Shown here piece after piece: positions 1 through 10,699 of a DNA stretch of 64,000 nucleotides. The notes beneath the pieces were generated by a model that was not told the origin of the DNA, made no database searches, and saw only the letters and a list, made by a program, of their open reading frames with translations. The stretch is from the IMG/VR virus record IMGVR_UViG_3300032307_000797. One strand, written 5' to 3'. This stretch comes from a virus. The position numbers and the translations under genes are program-made. Position 1 is the stretch's first letter; every line of letters starts with the position of its first letter.

Positions 1-1146
1 TGTTGGGGTTGGAGTCGGTAAACATTCATACAAACCGCATTCACCCATTATAGTTAAGAATCCGTAACTACCCGATATTGTACCCGGAATTACACAAATT
101 CCTTGACCCGGTCCGACACTAACATTTATTTGTTCAACACCATTACAGTCAGTGTAATTAATCCCTGTGTATGTTTCACTGTTGTTGTTGTAATATTCTA
201 TACATTCGCCACAAGGCGTAGTTGTTGGTGTTGGTGCTACCGATTCTGAACTTGTTAGAGTTAGGGTTAATGTTGGTGTCAATGTTGGAGTTACTGTTGG
301 TGTTGTGGTACTTGTAACTGTAGGTGTTGGGGTAGGGGTACTACAACCTCCACATGGTTCATTTGCTGCCACCCATAGGACACAATCAACTGATGAATTA
401 TCGCAATAAGTTGCTTCAACACCTAGTGAACCCTCTAACGCACAAAGAATATATGTTTGTTGCCCATTTCCCGCTGCAGTAATAATCTGATTATTACCTT
501 CACAATCCACATATGTGACATCATGAGATATTGTGTAATAGTTTGTAATTTCATACATATAACAACATAAAGTTGTTGGGGTAGGTGTTGGAGTTGGGGT
601 ATTAGTTTCTCCCGCAGTTGTCGTTAACGTTTGAGTAGACGTACTCGTAACCGTTGGTGTTGGAGTTGACGTTTCCCCTGCGGTTGCGGTTAATGTAGGT
701 GTACTTGTTAATGTTGGAGTTGATGTACTCGTCAACGTAGGTGTATTGGTACTTGTAACGGTTGGGGTTGGGGTAGGTGTTGATGTTTCTGCAGCCGTTG
801 ATGTTAATGTTGGGGTATTTGTTGGTGTTGGTGTTACCCCCGCAACAACACAATCATTACATCTTAAATCAACCAAAACCACTTGGTATCCACCTTGTAA
901 TTTTGGTGTTGAGCCAGGTACTGAATTAACATGTCCATCACAATGTTCAATAAATAAATAAACATGAGTATATGAACTATCAACATCCAAATCAACAGTG
1001 TGACCTGATATTGATGAGGATGATACCGTTTCAACAAAAGTTGCATTATCAATGTCATAGGTAACACCTGTATAAATGTCATAAGACGTACATGGAGTTG
1101 AACCCGTAAAACTTGATATTGTAACTTGATATTGTGAACTTGGCAT
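1..1146 (-). CDS. Virion/fibre-like protein with Thr/Pro linkers and Cys-rich modules (3' end off window; not in ORF track)
   Basis: Hand translation from ATG at 1146 stays open to base 1 (382 codons): MPSSQYQVTISSFTGSTPCTSYDIY...TPTPTNTPTLT...CCYMYEITNYY...VTYVDCEG...CGECIEYYNNN...YTDCNG. Architecture matches the neighbouring genes. Confidence 0.85.
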   Translation of the reverse strand, partial: MPSSQYQVTISSFTGSTPCTSYDIYTGVTYDIDNATFVETVSSSSISGHTVDLDVDSSYTHVYLFIEHCDGHVNSVPGSTPKLQGGYQVVLVDLRCNDCVVAGVTPTPTNTPTLTSTAAETSTPTPTPTVTSTNTPTLTSTSTPTLTSTPTLTATAGETSTPTPTVTSTSTQTLTTTAGETNTPTPTPTPTTLCCYMYEITNYYTISHDVTYVDCEGNNQIITAAGNGQQTYILCALEGSLGVEATYCDNSSVDCVLWVAANEPCGGCSTPTPTPTVTSTTTPTVTPTLTPTLTLTLTSSESVAPTPTTTPCGECIEYYNNNSETYTGINYTDCNGVEQINVSVGPGQGICVIPGTISGSYGFLTIMGECGLYECLPTPTPT

Positions 1147-1174
1147 CTATCTTAAATATAAAAAATATTGTTTA

Positions 1175-2239
1175 TTATGGACAGTTATATGAATCTAAAA
1201 TTTCACCATTTGATGCAATTTGAAATGCTCTTTTTGGTCCGACCCCACCTTCAGTTAATGCAACCCATAAACCACCTCCATTGGTTGGCGTTGCGGGGTA
1301 CGAATCATATATTATTTCACCATTATTAAGTGTGGATAATGTTTTACCCGGTGCGGCAAAATATCCTCTAATTGTAAGATATGTTGAACACGCTGTTGAA
1401 GCATCTGATGCGTCTACGGATGTTTTACCTAATAAAGTAAGAGGTTGTTGCGTTGCTGTTGGTGTTCTTGTTAGTGTCGGGGTAGGTGTTGGTGTTCTTG
1501 TTAATGTTCTTGTTACTGTTTGAGTAGGTGTTTGTGTTGGTGTTGGGATACAATCCTCTTCAGATGTACATATACCTCCTACTGTCTCAGTTATATATCC
1601 TGCCGGTAAACTTCCCTTTACAAATGGAGCGTCTGTTCCATATTGATAAGTTATATTAGATGTATTTGTTGTACAAATGAATACTCTAACACCACCAAGA
1701 TAGTATTCAAAAGTTAATTGGTCATATTCAACACTTATCATCGTACTACCGGTAATTGGATAATACATAACTTTTATATCTCTACCATATACGTCTTGTA
1801 AAATTGCACTGAAGAGGTAAATCTCAACACAGTCACCTTCAGGTGATGCTGTTAACGTAGGTGTTAATGTCGGAGTAGATGTCGGAGTAGCTGTTGGTGT
1901 GGATGTTGCTACCGTCGTTGATGTTGGGGTTGGGGTTGGTGCATCAACGCAAACCACATCTACGCTAAAACAAATTGTGTCATAACATGGGAACGCCTTA
2001 CTGTCGTGAGTATAGATATTTTTAATGATGTAACGACCAGTGGTTTCATCGGTCATTTTAATCCAATATTGTGTATCAAATGTTAAACCTGTTAATTCAA
2101 TCGTTGTGGCGGTTAAACCTGTACCATACAGTGTGAATGTTGTGTTATCATACTCAGGCCAAGGATTTGAACCACTCTTATATCTTATAGAATAAGGTCC
2201 ATCCGAAACTATATCATATATTCTTACATTTAATCCCAT
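1175..2239 (-). CDS. Virion protein with Thr/Pro linkers and Cys-rich modules
   Basis: 354 aa ORF with TPTPT linkers between small Cys-containing domains; TATTTAT motif just upstream. Confidence 0.8.
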   Translation of the reverse strand: MGLNVRIYDIVSDGPYSIRYKSGSNPWPEYDNTTFTLYGTGLTATTIELTGLTFDTQYWIKMTDETTGRYIIKNIYTHDSKAFPCYDTICFSVDVVCVDAPTPTPTSTTVATSTPTATPTSTPTLTPTLTASPEGDCVEIYLFSAILQDVYGRDIKVMYYPITGSTMISVEYDQLTFEYYLGGVRVFICTTNTSNITYQYGTDAPFVKGSLPAGYITETVGGICTSEEDCIPTPTQTPTQTVTRTLTRTPTPTPTLTRTPTATQQPLTLLGKTSVDASDASTACSTYLTIRGYFAAPGKTLSTLNNGEIIYDSYPATPTNGGGLWVALTEGGVGPKRAFQIASNGEILDSYNCP

Positions 2240-2266
2240 GTTATTTTATAAATATTTTAAATCATT

Positions 2267-5200
2267 TTACATGTTACCTAATACACACCAATATCCGAAG
2301 CTAGAAATACATCCAAAGGTATCTGTCGGACATGGTTTTTGTAATCCCGGATGGTATGGACTTGTTGCCGTATTGTAACAACACGCATTATCACCAGGTG
2401 TTCCCGTACAATAGTTGTAACTTGAGTATACAGGAGTACTTACGTGAACTCTAATCTCATTATAAAGTGATAAATCTCGGATATCCACCCTTATGGTGTA
2501 ATAATTACCACTGATTGGGTTAGGGATATCGTACACACCGAAACTACAATCTCCATTAATACCATGACCAACCGCTACTCTAATATTACTTGATGGTGTA
2601 CCAGCATTTATATACCTAAATGACAACATATAACTGTATGATTTAGATGGTATAGTATCGGTTGTTTGTTGGGCGGTTGATGGTTTATTTGAGAACACTG
2701 GTGCCGCACCTGAAGTACCGTAATAACAATCAACTAAGTAAGATTCCCACTCAGTTAAGTTCTGATAAAGAGCATTACCCGTTGTACCTGCAATACTTTC
2801 ATATATTGTGAATGTGGTGTTTATGTTAGCAGCACAATTACAATCAGCCGTTGGTGTCGGTGTAGGTGTAGTTGTACGTGTTAACGTAGGTGTTGTTGTT
2901 CTTGTAGGTGTAACCGTTGGAGTTCTCGTTGGAGTACTCGTTGGAGTTCTCGTTGGAGTTTTAGTTACCGTTAATGTCGGTGTTTGAGTTAATGTCGGTG
3001 TGCTTGTAGATGTTTGAGTTGGTGTTGGGGTATTTTCAGCATTCACACAATCGTTTACTGTGTTACACTGCCCGCCAGAAACAAACGGTATTCTACATAT
3101 AATTTCTTCATCATTTTCCACGCAAACAGGGGTCGAATAGGAACCTGTGTCACTTACACAAATAAATGAGGTATATGTTCCATTACCATTATCCTTCGTT
3201 ATTAAACTAGTTATTGGTTCCCTAACAATATCGCCTCCATCACAAACACTATATCTAACCGATATTCCGACTAAAGTGTCCAAATCTTGTTCACTGTATG
3301 TTATACTGTAACATGTACAATCCGCCGGCAGTGTAGGTGTAGGTGTAGGTGTGCTTGTTGATGTTAATGTTGGGGTAGGTGTTGGACAATCGCAAGGAGT
3401 TGTTCCATCAAAATAATTTACCCAATTCAAACTACCTTCAAACGCATATAAACTATCGGTTTGAATACAATCTTCTATAATATAAATTCCTTGTTCAGTA
3501 TACAATCTCGATTTTTCACCACCACAACATGTTAGGTATGCAATATTAGCACCATCGGGACCCACCTCAAAAATCACATCCTGATAACATGCCGCTAAAA
3601 CAGTTTGCGTCATTGTTAATGTAGGAGTCGCGGTACTTGTTAAAGTAGGTGTTTCAGTCAATGTTGGTGTATTGGTGGCGGTTAATGTTGGAGTACTTGT
3701 CGACGTTAACGTTGGTGTTTGGGTTAATGTCGGAGTATTCGTAGCGGTTAACGTAGGAGTCTCCGTTTGTGTCGGTGTATTCGTAGCGGTTAACGTAGGT
3801 GTGTTAGTTGCAGTACTCGTACTTGTTAAAGTAGGTGTATTTGAGGCGGTTAATGTTGGAGTCTCAGTTAACGTTGGTGTATTCGTTGCAGTAAGGGTCG
3901 GTGTCTCTGTCGACGTGCTAGTACTTGTTAATGTTGGCGTATTCGTTGCAGTCAACGTCGGTGTATTAGTCGCCGTTAACGTCGGAGTATTAGTTGCCGT
4001 TAATGTAGGAGTTTCCGTTGAGGTACTTGTGCTCGTTAATGTAGGAGTATTAGTCGCCGTTAATGTCGGTGTATTCGTTGCTGTTAATGTAGGTGTTTGA
4101 GTGGCAGTTAACGTTGGTGTCTCAGTTAACGTTGGGGTATTCGTGGCTGTGAGGGTTGGGGTATTCGTTGCAGTACTCGTACTCGTTAATGTAGGAGTAT
4201 TCGTTGCAGTAAGGGTTGGTGTCTCCGTAGAAGTACTTGTACTTGTCAGAGTTGGAGTATTAGTGGCGGTCAATGTCGGTGTTTGAGTTGCGGTTAACGT
4301 AGGGGTTTGGGTCGCAGTCAATGTCGGAGTTTGAGTCGCAGTTAATGTTGGAGTTGGTGTTGGGGTAGGACATTCAGTTTCACTTGACGCATACGCCAAT
4401 CCACTACCATTATTTTCAACCACAAATACTGTGTTTGTACTTGCAGGATTCACATAGAATACCGTTGCACTTGAATTAGTGAGTGTTTGTAGTTCTGCAA
4501 TTGTCCAAGGATTAGTTGCATTGTTATCTTCATATAATATCTCACCCACAGATAGATTATCCTGAGCATAAATCGTTAATGAATTTCTACATCCACATGC
4601 CTCCACCAACGAAATATCAATACAGTAAATCGCACCATCTAAAACATTAGTTAATGTTGGTGTTTGAGTTGCAGTTAATGTTGGCGTTTCTGTTGAGGTA
4701 CTTGTACTTGTTAAAGTTGGTGTGTTAGTTGCGGTTAACGTTGGGGTACTCGTTGCGGTTAGAGTTGGTGTTTCCGTAGAAGTACTGGTACTTGTTAACG
4801 TCGGTGTCTGAGTCGCACTCATTGTTGGTGTCTCAGTTAACGTTGGTGTGTTAGTTGGTGTTAAAGTTGGTGTCTCAGTCAATGTTGGCGTATTCGTTGC
4901 AGTTAACGTCGGAGTTTCAGTCAGCGTCGGAGTATTAGTCGCTGTTAATGTTGGTGTTTCCGTTAATGTTGGAGTATTGGTACTTGTTAAAGTTGGGGTC
5001 TCAGTTAACGTTGACGTATTTGTTGGTGACGGAGTTGGTGTACTCGTTTCACCAGCTGTCGGAGTCAATGTAGGAGTTTCGGTTAATGTTGGTGTACTAG
5101 TACTTGTTACCGTTGGTGTATTGGTTGCAGTTAACGTCGGGGTCTCGGTCGATGTCAATGTCGGAGTCTCAGTTAACGTTGGCGTATTTGTTGCCGTTAA

Positions 5201-8200
5201 CGTAGGTGTTTCCGTTGATGTTACTGTTGTTGTATTTGTAGGAGTTACTGTTGGTGTTTCAGTTAACGTTGGAGTTGGTGTCGATGTTTCACCCGCAGTT
5301 GCAGTTAGTGTTGGGGTACTTGTTTCAGTTAATGTTGGAGTACTCGTTGACGTAACTGTCGGTGTAGGTGTAGGTGATGGACACTCATATGTATCACACA
5401 CCGGTAAACTCGCAAAATCGTGAATTGTCATGATTACACCATTAACGATTTCTACAACATATATTGGATAAGTGTTTTCTCCATTTGGAGTGTATACGTA
5501 GTTACCTGTTTGTGTTGATGGGAAATAAGTTGGTCCCGCACCATATAATTGTGTACCCGGATTAATTCCTGCAGATGAGTAATAGTATACACTACTTCCT
5601 GCGTAATTCCAGTTCGGGTGCGTTATAATATATTCCCAATCACACTTAACCTCCTCAACTGTTTTTGTTGTCCAATTTGTTGTTATAGTATCACAAACTC
5701 GACCTTCAAACCATAAGTTAACATTCACATCAGGAGTGCCCGCACCGCTTGGTGTACTTGTTAAAGTTGGTGTCTCAGTCAATGTTGGTGTATTCGTTGT
5801 AGTTAACGTCGGAGTTTCCGTTTGTGTTGGAGTATTTGTGGCGGTTGTTGTTGGGGTACTCGTAGGAATTGTTGAATTTTCACATTGAGTACATCCCGTA
5901 AACTGACCTTGTTGGAAATAGTTTGTTAAACTTAAAGTATTATCCCCACTCCACACACGATTTGGTGTACCTGAGGTTTGACCAATTGCATGGTAACAAA
6001 TACCCGAGTCGTCAGTAACAGTGTACGAATACCAGTTAATTGATGGACCTATCGTATATGGCATATATTCAAGAGGTAGACTCATTGAGTATATTGGATT
6101 GTATGGGTCTGTACAAAGAGCCAATGATGCAATAAATGTTGCACCTGAAGTCGATGTTAAAGTAGGTGTTGCGGTACTTGTAACCGTTGGTGTCGATGTT
6201 GACGTAACTGTTGGTGTTTGAGTTGGAACATCGGTACTTGTTGCCGTTAATGTCGGTGTCTGAGTCGCAGTTAACGTAGGTGTACTTGTTGGTACATCAG
6301 TCGATGTGTTCGTTGGTGTCTGAGTTATCGTCTCTGTCGGAGTATTTGTACTTGTAACCGTAGGTGTACTTGTCGAAGTAACCGTCGGTGTTGGGGTTAA
6401 TGTAGTTGTACTTGTCGGAGTAGGTGTCGGAGTTGCTCCCGGTTCACATACAAATGGAGATTCTTCTAAATCCTCATCTGTCGGTACATCTGAACAATGT
6501 ACAGGGTCAACATAATATTGTCCTAATTTGAAATCAATATTAGGATGTTTATCATATTGATGCTTCATCAATAATTGATGGTTATCATTACCATCAAAAA
6601 CAATCATGAATTCATCCGTTAATGGTGAGCCATCTTTTTCTACATTTAAATTAAAATATAATCCCGTATCACAGTAATTTAAATCAACATTTAATACTTC
6701 GATTGGGAAACCGTATTGATTAATTAAGAAATCACCCTTATCATATAGTTCTTCAGGGTGGTCGCAACATGGTTCAATAAAATCAGTTGGTCTTATTTGT
6801 AATTCTTCAGGGAATCTATCATCAAAATGATATGTACCATTTGTTACACCACCAAAATCTTCAATAAATTTATTTGTATAAACACGTAATTGTGTTGTTG
6901 GTAAAACTTCAAATACTTCGATATCACCGGTTGTTGTTTCTCCCGTAATAACATTCTTCTTAACTGAACCTAAACATTCAATATCCGTAACTAATAATTT
7001 TGAATATTCGTATGTAAATGAATATCCGTTTTGTGATGCATCTTGGAATTGTTGGTTTGTTAATCCCGAACATGGTAGATAATCTGCACTTAAAATGTAT
7101 TCACCAACTTGTAGTTGATAAACTGTTTTTTCAGTGATTGTTCCACCTGAAATATAAGTTTCGATATCACCACTTGTCGTCGTACTATCGATTGTTAATC
7201 CTGAAGATACAACCAATACAATTGAACTATCCTTTAAACCGTAATTAAAGTTTGATTTATATTCGACTTTTGGTTGTATTGTGTATCCTGTATAATTGTC
7301 ACAGAATGTTGCTCCCGAAATAACAGAAATAGTATTTCCTGTTGAACCTTGGTAACCTTCTATTACAAAAATTTCTGTGTGACTTTTCCCACTTGGTACG
7401 GGGCATGGGTCATGTTCAACTTTCGCTTGTAAACCTTCGATTTTGAATTTAACTTCATTGTTGGCCGCGTCGATGATATTGAAATCAATTACATCATATT
7501 CCGTAACACCCGTTAATTTAAATTTACAATCATAACCGGCAACTTTTTCAATATAAACATCAGCATTCTGACTGTGTCCACTTGTACAATTTGCATAAAT
7601 GTAGAACGGCCATGTGTGATTTTTCTGAACCCCAAATTGTGCTCCGATAATATCAATATAGATATCCGATACCATAACACATCCCGCAGGTTCTTCACAG
7701 TAGTATTCACCATCACCACTAACCTCAACACTTAATCTATCGTTAACTTTTGTTGTTCTATAATCGGCCTCGAATCTATAATCGAAATAATCTTTAACAG
7801 AACAATCTCCAATACCATATTTTATTGATGAGAATTTAATTATCTCTTCACCGTCTTCATTGGTGAAGATTTCATAATTAACAACCGCAACAGTTTCTGT
7901 ACTATATGAATGTCCCGTTGCACCTGTAAATGGAGCGTATGGTTCGTAACCTGCCGTGTATCTTGTGATTGTTATTGAATCAATTAATTCACTTAATGCA
8001 CTTAACCATAGTTCCTTAATTTTAACAATATCAGGTTCTAAATAATCTTTGTAATCACAAATAAGTGCCAAATTAACAGGGTCATTATCTGTTAAATCAG
8101 TACAACCCGTCATTGGGAATGGGTTGAATAGTTGTGCACTGTTTGTGGTGTTTGTTGTACCACTAACAACAACTGTCATCCCATCGGTTAAATCAGAATA

Positions 8201-10699
8201 ATCCGGTCCACCGTAAATAACTCCATCGATTTCAATTATTGGATAGTATGTTACTCCTGTTAGATTAATTAATCCTCTAAAGTTTGTTTCTTCCCCAAGT
8301 AATGTTTCAAGGTCTTCTTCAATCGCGGTTTCAAAATCGGGATATAAATCCTCAATAAACTCCATTGGTTGGCAATCAAACACGTATGGATACTTCGGTC
8401 TTCCGAAAAGATTGTTTTCAATTAAATTACCACCAGTCCACAGAGTTGTAGCCGGAACTAACTGTTCCACTAATTGTACCCAATAAGGACTGATTTTATT
8501 TACGAACTCAGCAGAATCAATAAATGTAAATGGAGTGAATCCACTCTGAGCCATGTAATCACGATAGATATCCTCAAGAACGATATAGTTCTTTTTATAT
8601 CTAATTGTGTGTGAATTCTTTATTACTTTATGTATAAAAGTATCGACGAACTGAGCAAACGTAATACCTGTTTGTGGTGTCAATAAATTAGTTGAACCAA
8701 AAGAAATTTCTAAATCTCTACTCTTTCTGAAGATATCATAATTGATTGCATTTGATGGGGAAATATGAATATTAATGTTCTTTCTATTCAATATTAATGA
8801 TGAACCATCCTCAACATCGTGAGCTTTTAAATTATCAATTTCCGCTTGTAATCCGTAACCTGTATCTAAACCCGGTAATGTTCTAAACACATCAAAATAA
8901 TCCTCACCATATGTGTAAGATTTATTTTTTGTTTTAATTGTTTTTGTTCTACCAGTTAAAACCGAATTCTCGTCATCTAAAATTGTTGGTGAACGGTGGT
9001 CCAAAGTAATATCGTACCAACCCGCACCTTTTTCAAAGAATATTTCTTCACTTTCACTGAACGCCCTTCTTGGTAAACCTGTATCGGGGTCAACAGGGAA
9101 ACCATCTCTATCAAAAGTAGTTGTTCCTGTTACAGTAATTGTATTGTACGTATATCCTGAAGTATCGAAACTTGCAGAAATATATGTTTTCTCACCAGCA
9201 ATTACGTCGTATATATCTTGTTCCAAATCAGAACTTGCAGGCATCGAAGTAACTTTGTACACATATTCATTAATCTTAATTAATGGTTCAGGTGCACCTA
9301 AGAATTTTAAGAAGAATTCAACAGACGCTCTCGTACCTTTTGATTTAAAGATGTACGCAAGATTCACCATTAATCTTCTATAGAATTCATTTTCAGCATC
9401 CATTTGGTTGAATCCTGTAGAAACTCCTTGGTATGTTGAGGAAAGACGAGTGTACATCGCTTCCTCCAATGATTTTTCATCAAATAGATTTGTGGTTGAC
9501 AAACCAAGATTCTCTGAAAGGTTTTTTAATAAAATATCCGGTAGGTTATTGATACCATCATAACTTACATTTCTCATGTAAGCAATGTTATCAATGTACT
9601 TCTTTACTGAGTCAAAACTTTGACCGTATAATTGGAAGACACTCTGTGTTCTTTGGTCGTCAGTATCAAATTCAAATAACTGTGGAGAAGCCAAAAATCT
9701 AACCATTAAGTTAGATTTGTATCCATCAATTTGGTCAGATATGTCTTTTAGATTTTGAATATAAGATTCATACTCAAGACCACTTATTTGTATGTTCCAC
9801 CCATCACTTAATAATGGCCAACTATATTCTACGTTCTGTAATGTTGTTCTTGAACCATCAGTACTTTCTTGCGGTACTTGAAACGCAGAAGTATATATTG
9901 GGGTTGATTCTCTATTCAAAAGAGATTCTTCAACATCATCTAATCCCGCGAAGAATTCCTCAACAACACCATTATTTGGTCTGATAAGGAAATTATCCGA
10001 GTATGTTGTTGCACCACTAAATGGATTACCAATGACAACAAAAACCAACTCATTAGATGAGTTTGGTTCATTATATTGGATAATTGGGTAACTTTCATCA
10101 TTAACAAACAAAACATACTTGTTATATGATGAATAAAAATTTCTGAGTTCGTTTTCAGTTGTTGGTTTTATTACCGTATTTGGTTCAACTAATGATATAT
10201 CAAATGGATTGAACAACTTAGATGATTGAACATATAATGTCGTTCTGTTTAAACTAAAATCATGTGATATATTGTAAGCAGAAAATATGTTATTACCAAT
10301 CGGGGTATCCGCAACAATTGATATTGCTCCGGGGAACTTTTTAATAATACGAGTAATAGAAACTAAAATTCTATCTTTCAAAGAACCGAACATTGATTTG
10401 TCCGCATTTCTTTTATTACTCTTAAAACGTATTGTACTTTTTCTTTGAGAACCTCCACCGGTTGATGATTGTGTGGTCGTTACTGCCGAATCTTCTTTTT
10501 TAATGGTATCAAGAGTTAAAAATTCAGAGAACGGATTGTTTCTAAATGTTTTAGCATCTTTTTCAGGAATGGTTTTATCAATATCAAAACTTGTGTTGGC
10601 AAGAGCAGGACTACCCGTAGTGATTTGTCTTCCAACTAAATTATCACTAAATGTTTCTGCTCCGCTAGCCGCCTGACTTGGTACCTTTCTTCTTGCCAT
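2267..10699 (-). CDS. Giant baseplate wedge/fibre protein (gpI/gp7-like segment, then mucin-like Thr/Pro repeats and Cys modules)
   Basis: 2810 aa; NLAYIFKSKGTRASVEFFLKFLG resembles the KGT motif of P2 gpI/T4 gp7-like wedge proteins; C-terminal half is TPTLTAT(N/Q) repeats; lies in the baseplate cluster. Confidence 0.7.
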   Translation of the reverse strand: MARRKVPSQAASGAETFSDNLVGRQITTGSPALANTSFDIDKTIPEKDAKTFRNNPFSEFLTLDTIKKEDSAVTTTQSSTGGGSQRKSTIRFKSNKRNADKSMFGSLKDRILVSITRIIKKFPGAISIVADTPIGNNIFSAYNISHDFSLNRTTLYVQSSKLFNPFDISLVEPNTVIKPTTENELRNFYSSYNKYVLFVNDESYPIIQYNEPNSSNELVFVVIGNPFSGATTYSDNFLIRPNNGVVEEFFAGLDDVEESLLNRESTPIYTSAFQVPQESTDGSRTTLQNVEYSWPLLSDGWNIQISGLEYESYIQNLKDISDQIDGYKSNLMVRFLASPQLFEFDTDDQRTQSVFQLYGQSFDSVKKYIDNIAYMRNVSYDGINNLPDILLKNLSENLGLSTTNLFDEKSLEEAMYTRLSSTYQGVSTGFNQMDAENEFYRRLMVNLAYIFKSKGTRASVEFFLKFLGAPEPLIKINEYVYKVTSMPASSDLEQDIYDVIAGEKTYISASFDTSGYTYNTITVTGTTTFDRDGFPVDPDTGLPRRAFSESEEIFFEKGAGWYDITLDHRSPTILDDENSVLTGRTKTIKTKNKSYTYGEDYFDVFRTLPGLDTGYGLQAEIDNLKAHDVEDGSSLILNRKNINIHISPSNAINYDIFRKSRDLEISFGSTNLLTPQTGITFAQFVDTFIHKVIKNSHTIRYKKNYIVLEDIYRDYMAQSGFTPFTFIDSAEFVNKISPYWVQLVEQLVPATTLWTGGNLIENNLFGRPKYPYVFDCQPMEFIEDLYPDFETAIEEDLETLLGEETNFRGLINLTGVTYYPIIEIDGVIYGGPDYSDLTDGMTVVVSGTTNTTNSAQLFNPFPMTGCTDLTDNDPVNLALICDYKDYLEPDIVKIKELWLSALSELIDSITITRYTAGYEPYAPFTGATGHSYSTETVAVVNYEIFTNEDGEEIIKFSSIKYGIGDCSVKDYFDYRFEADYRTTKVNDRLSVEVSGDGEYYCEEPAGCVMVSDIYIDIIGAQFGVQKNHTWPFYIYANCTSGHSQNADVYIEKVAGYDCKFKLTGVTEYDVIDFNIIDAANNEVKFKIEGLQAKVEHDPCPVPSGKSHTEIFVIEGYQGSTGNTISVISGATFCDNYTGYTIQPKVEYKSNFNYGLKDSSIVLVVSSGLTIDSTTTSGDIETYISGGTITEKTVYQLQVGEYILSADYLPCSGLTNQQFQDASQNGYSFTYEYSKLLVTDIECLGSVKKNVITGETTTGDIEVFEVLPTTQLRVYTNKFIEDFGGVTNGTYHFDDRFPEELQIRPTDFIEPCCDHPEELYDKGDFLINQYGFPIEVLNVDLNYCDTGLYFNLNVEKDGSPLTDEFMIVFDGNDNHQLLMKHQYDKHPNIDFKLGQYYVDPVHCSDVPTDEDLEESPFVCEPGATPTPTPTSTTTLTPTPTVTSTSTPTVTSTNTPTETITQTPTNTSTDVPTSTPTLTATQTPTLTATSTDVPTQTPTVTSTSTPTVTSTATPTLTSTSGATFIASLALCTDPYNPIYSMSLPLEYMPYTIGPSINWYSYTVTDDSGICYHAIGQTSGTPNRVWSGDNTLSLTNYFQQGQFTGCTQCENSTIPTSTPTTTATNTPTQTETPTLTTTNTPTLTETPTLTSTPSGAGTPDVNVNLWFEGRVCDTITTNWTTKTVEEVKCDWEYIITHPNWNYAGSSVYYYSSAGINPGTQLYGAGPTYFPSTQTGNYVYTPNGENTYPIYVVEIVNGVIMTIHDFASLPVCDTYECPSPTPTPTVTSTSTPTLTETSTPTLTATAGETSTPTPTLTETPTVTPTNTTTVTSTETPTLTATNTPTLTETPTLTSTETPTLTATNTPTVTSTSTPTLTETPTLTPTAGETSTPTPSPTNTSTLTETPTLTSTNTPTLTETPTLTATNTPTLTETPTLTATNTPTLTETPTLTPTNTPTLTETPTMSATQTPTLTSTSTSTETPTLTATSTPTLTATNTPTLTSTSTSTETPTLTATQTPTLTNVLDGAIYCIDISLVEACGCRNSLTIYAQDNLSVGEILYEDNNATNPWTIAELQTLTNSSATVFYVNPASTNTVFVVENNGSGLAYASSETECPTPTPTPTLTATQTPTLTATQTPTLTATQTPTLTATNTPTLTSTSTSTETPTLTATNTPTLTSTSTATNTPTLTATNTPTLTETPTLTATQTPTLTATNTPTLTATNTPTLTSTSTSTETPTLTATNTPTLTATNTPTLTATNTPTLTSTSTSTETPTLTATNTPTLTETPTLTASNTPTLTSTSTATNTPTLTATNTPTQTETPTLTATNTPTLTQTPTLTSTSTPTLTATNTPTLTETPTLTSTATPTLTMTQTVLAACYQDVIFEVGPDGANIAYLTCCGGEKSRLYTEQGIYIIEDCIQTDSLYAFEGSLNWVNYFDGTTPCDCPTPTPTLTSTSTPTPTPTLPADCTCYSITYSEQDLDTLVGISVRYSVCDGGDIVREPITSLITKDNGNGTYTSFICVSDTGSYSTPVCVENDEEIICRIPFVSGGQCNTVNDCVNAENTPTPTQTSTSTPTLTQTPTLTVTKTPTRTPTSTPTRTPTVTPTRTTTPTLTRTTTPTPTPTADCNCAANINTTFTIYESIAGTTGNALYQNLTEWESYLVDCYYGTSGAAPVFSNKPSTAQQTTDTIPSKSYSYMLSFRYINAGTPSSNIRVAVGHGINGDCSFGVYDIPNPISGNYYTIRVDIRDLSLYNEIRVHVSTPVYSSYNYCTGTPGDNACCYNTATSPYHPGLQKPCPTDTFGCISSFGYWCVLGNM
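3605..5380 (-). repeat. Intragenic degenerate tandem repeats encoding TPTLTAT(N/Q), TPTLTE and TPTLTSTST units (two blocks, ~3605-4370 and ~4650-5380)
   Basis: Visible in DNA and protein; 18-36 nt units with heavy synonymous variation. Shorter blocks at ~2850-3030, 5750-5870 and 6150-6440. Confidence 0.9.

Noticed and set aside
3605-5380. Tandem repeats as a CRISPR array or DGR template/variable pair
   Set aside because: In-frame coding repeats with synonymous variation; no unique spacers, cas genes, adenine-specific pairs or reverse transcriptase in the window.
602-6221. Val/Gly-rich plus-strand ORFs (746, 1281, 3672, 4101, 4848, 6021; also 59399, 59780) and off-frame minus ORFs 602..853 and 864..1082
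   Set aside because: Antisense or alternative-frame shadows of Thr/Pro repeat codons; the real gene at the left edge is the open frame 1146 to 1.
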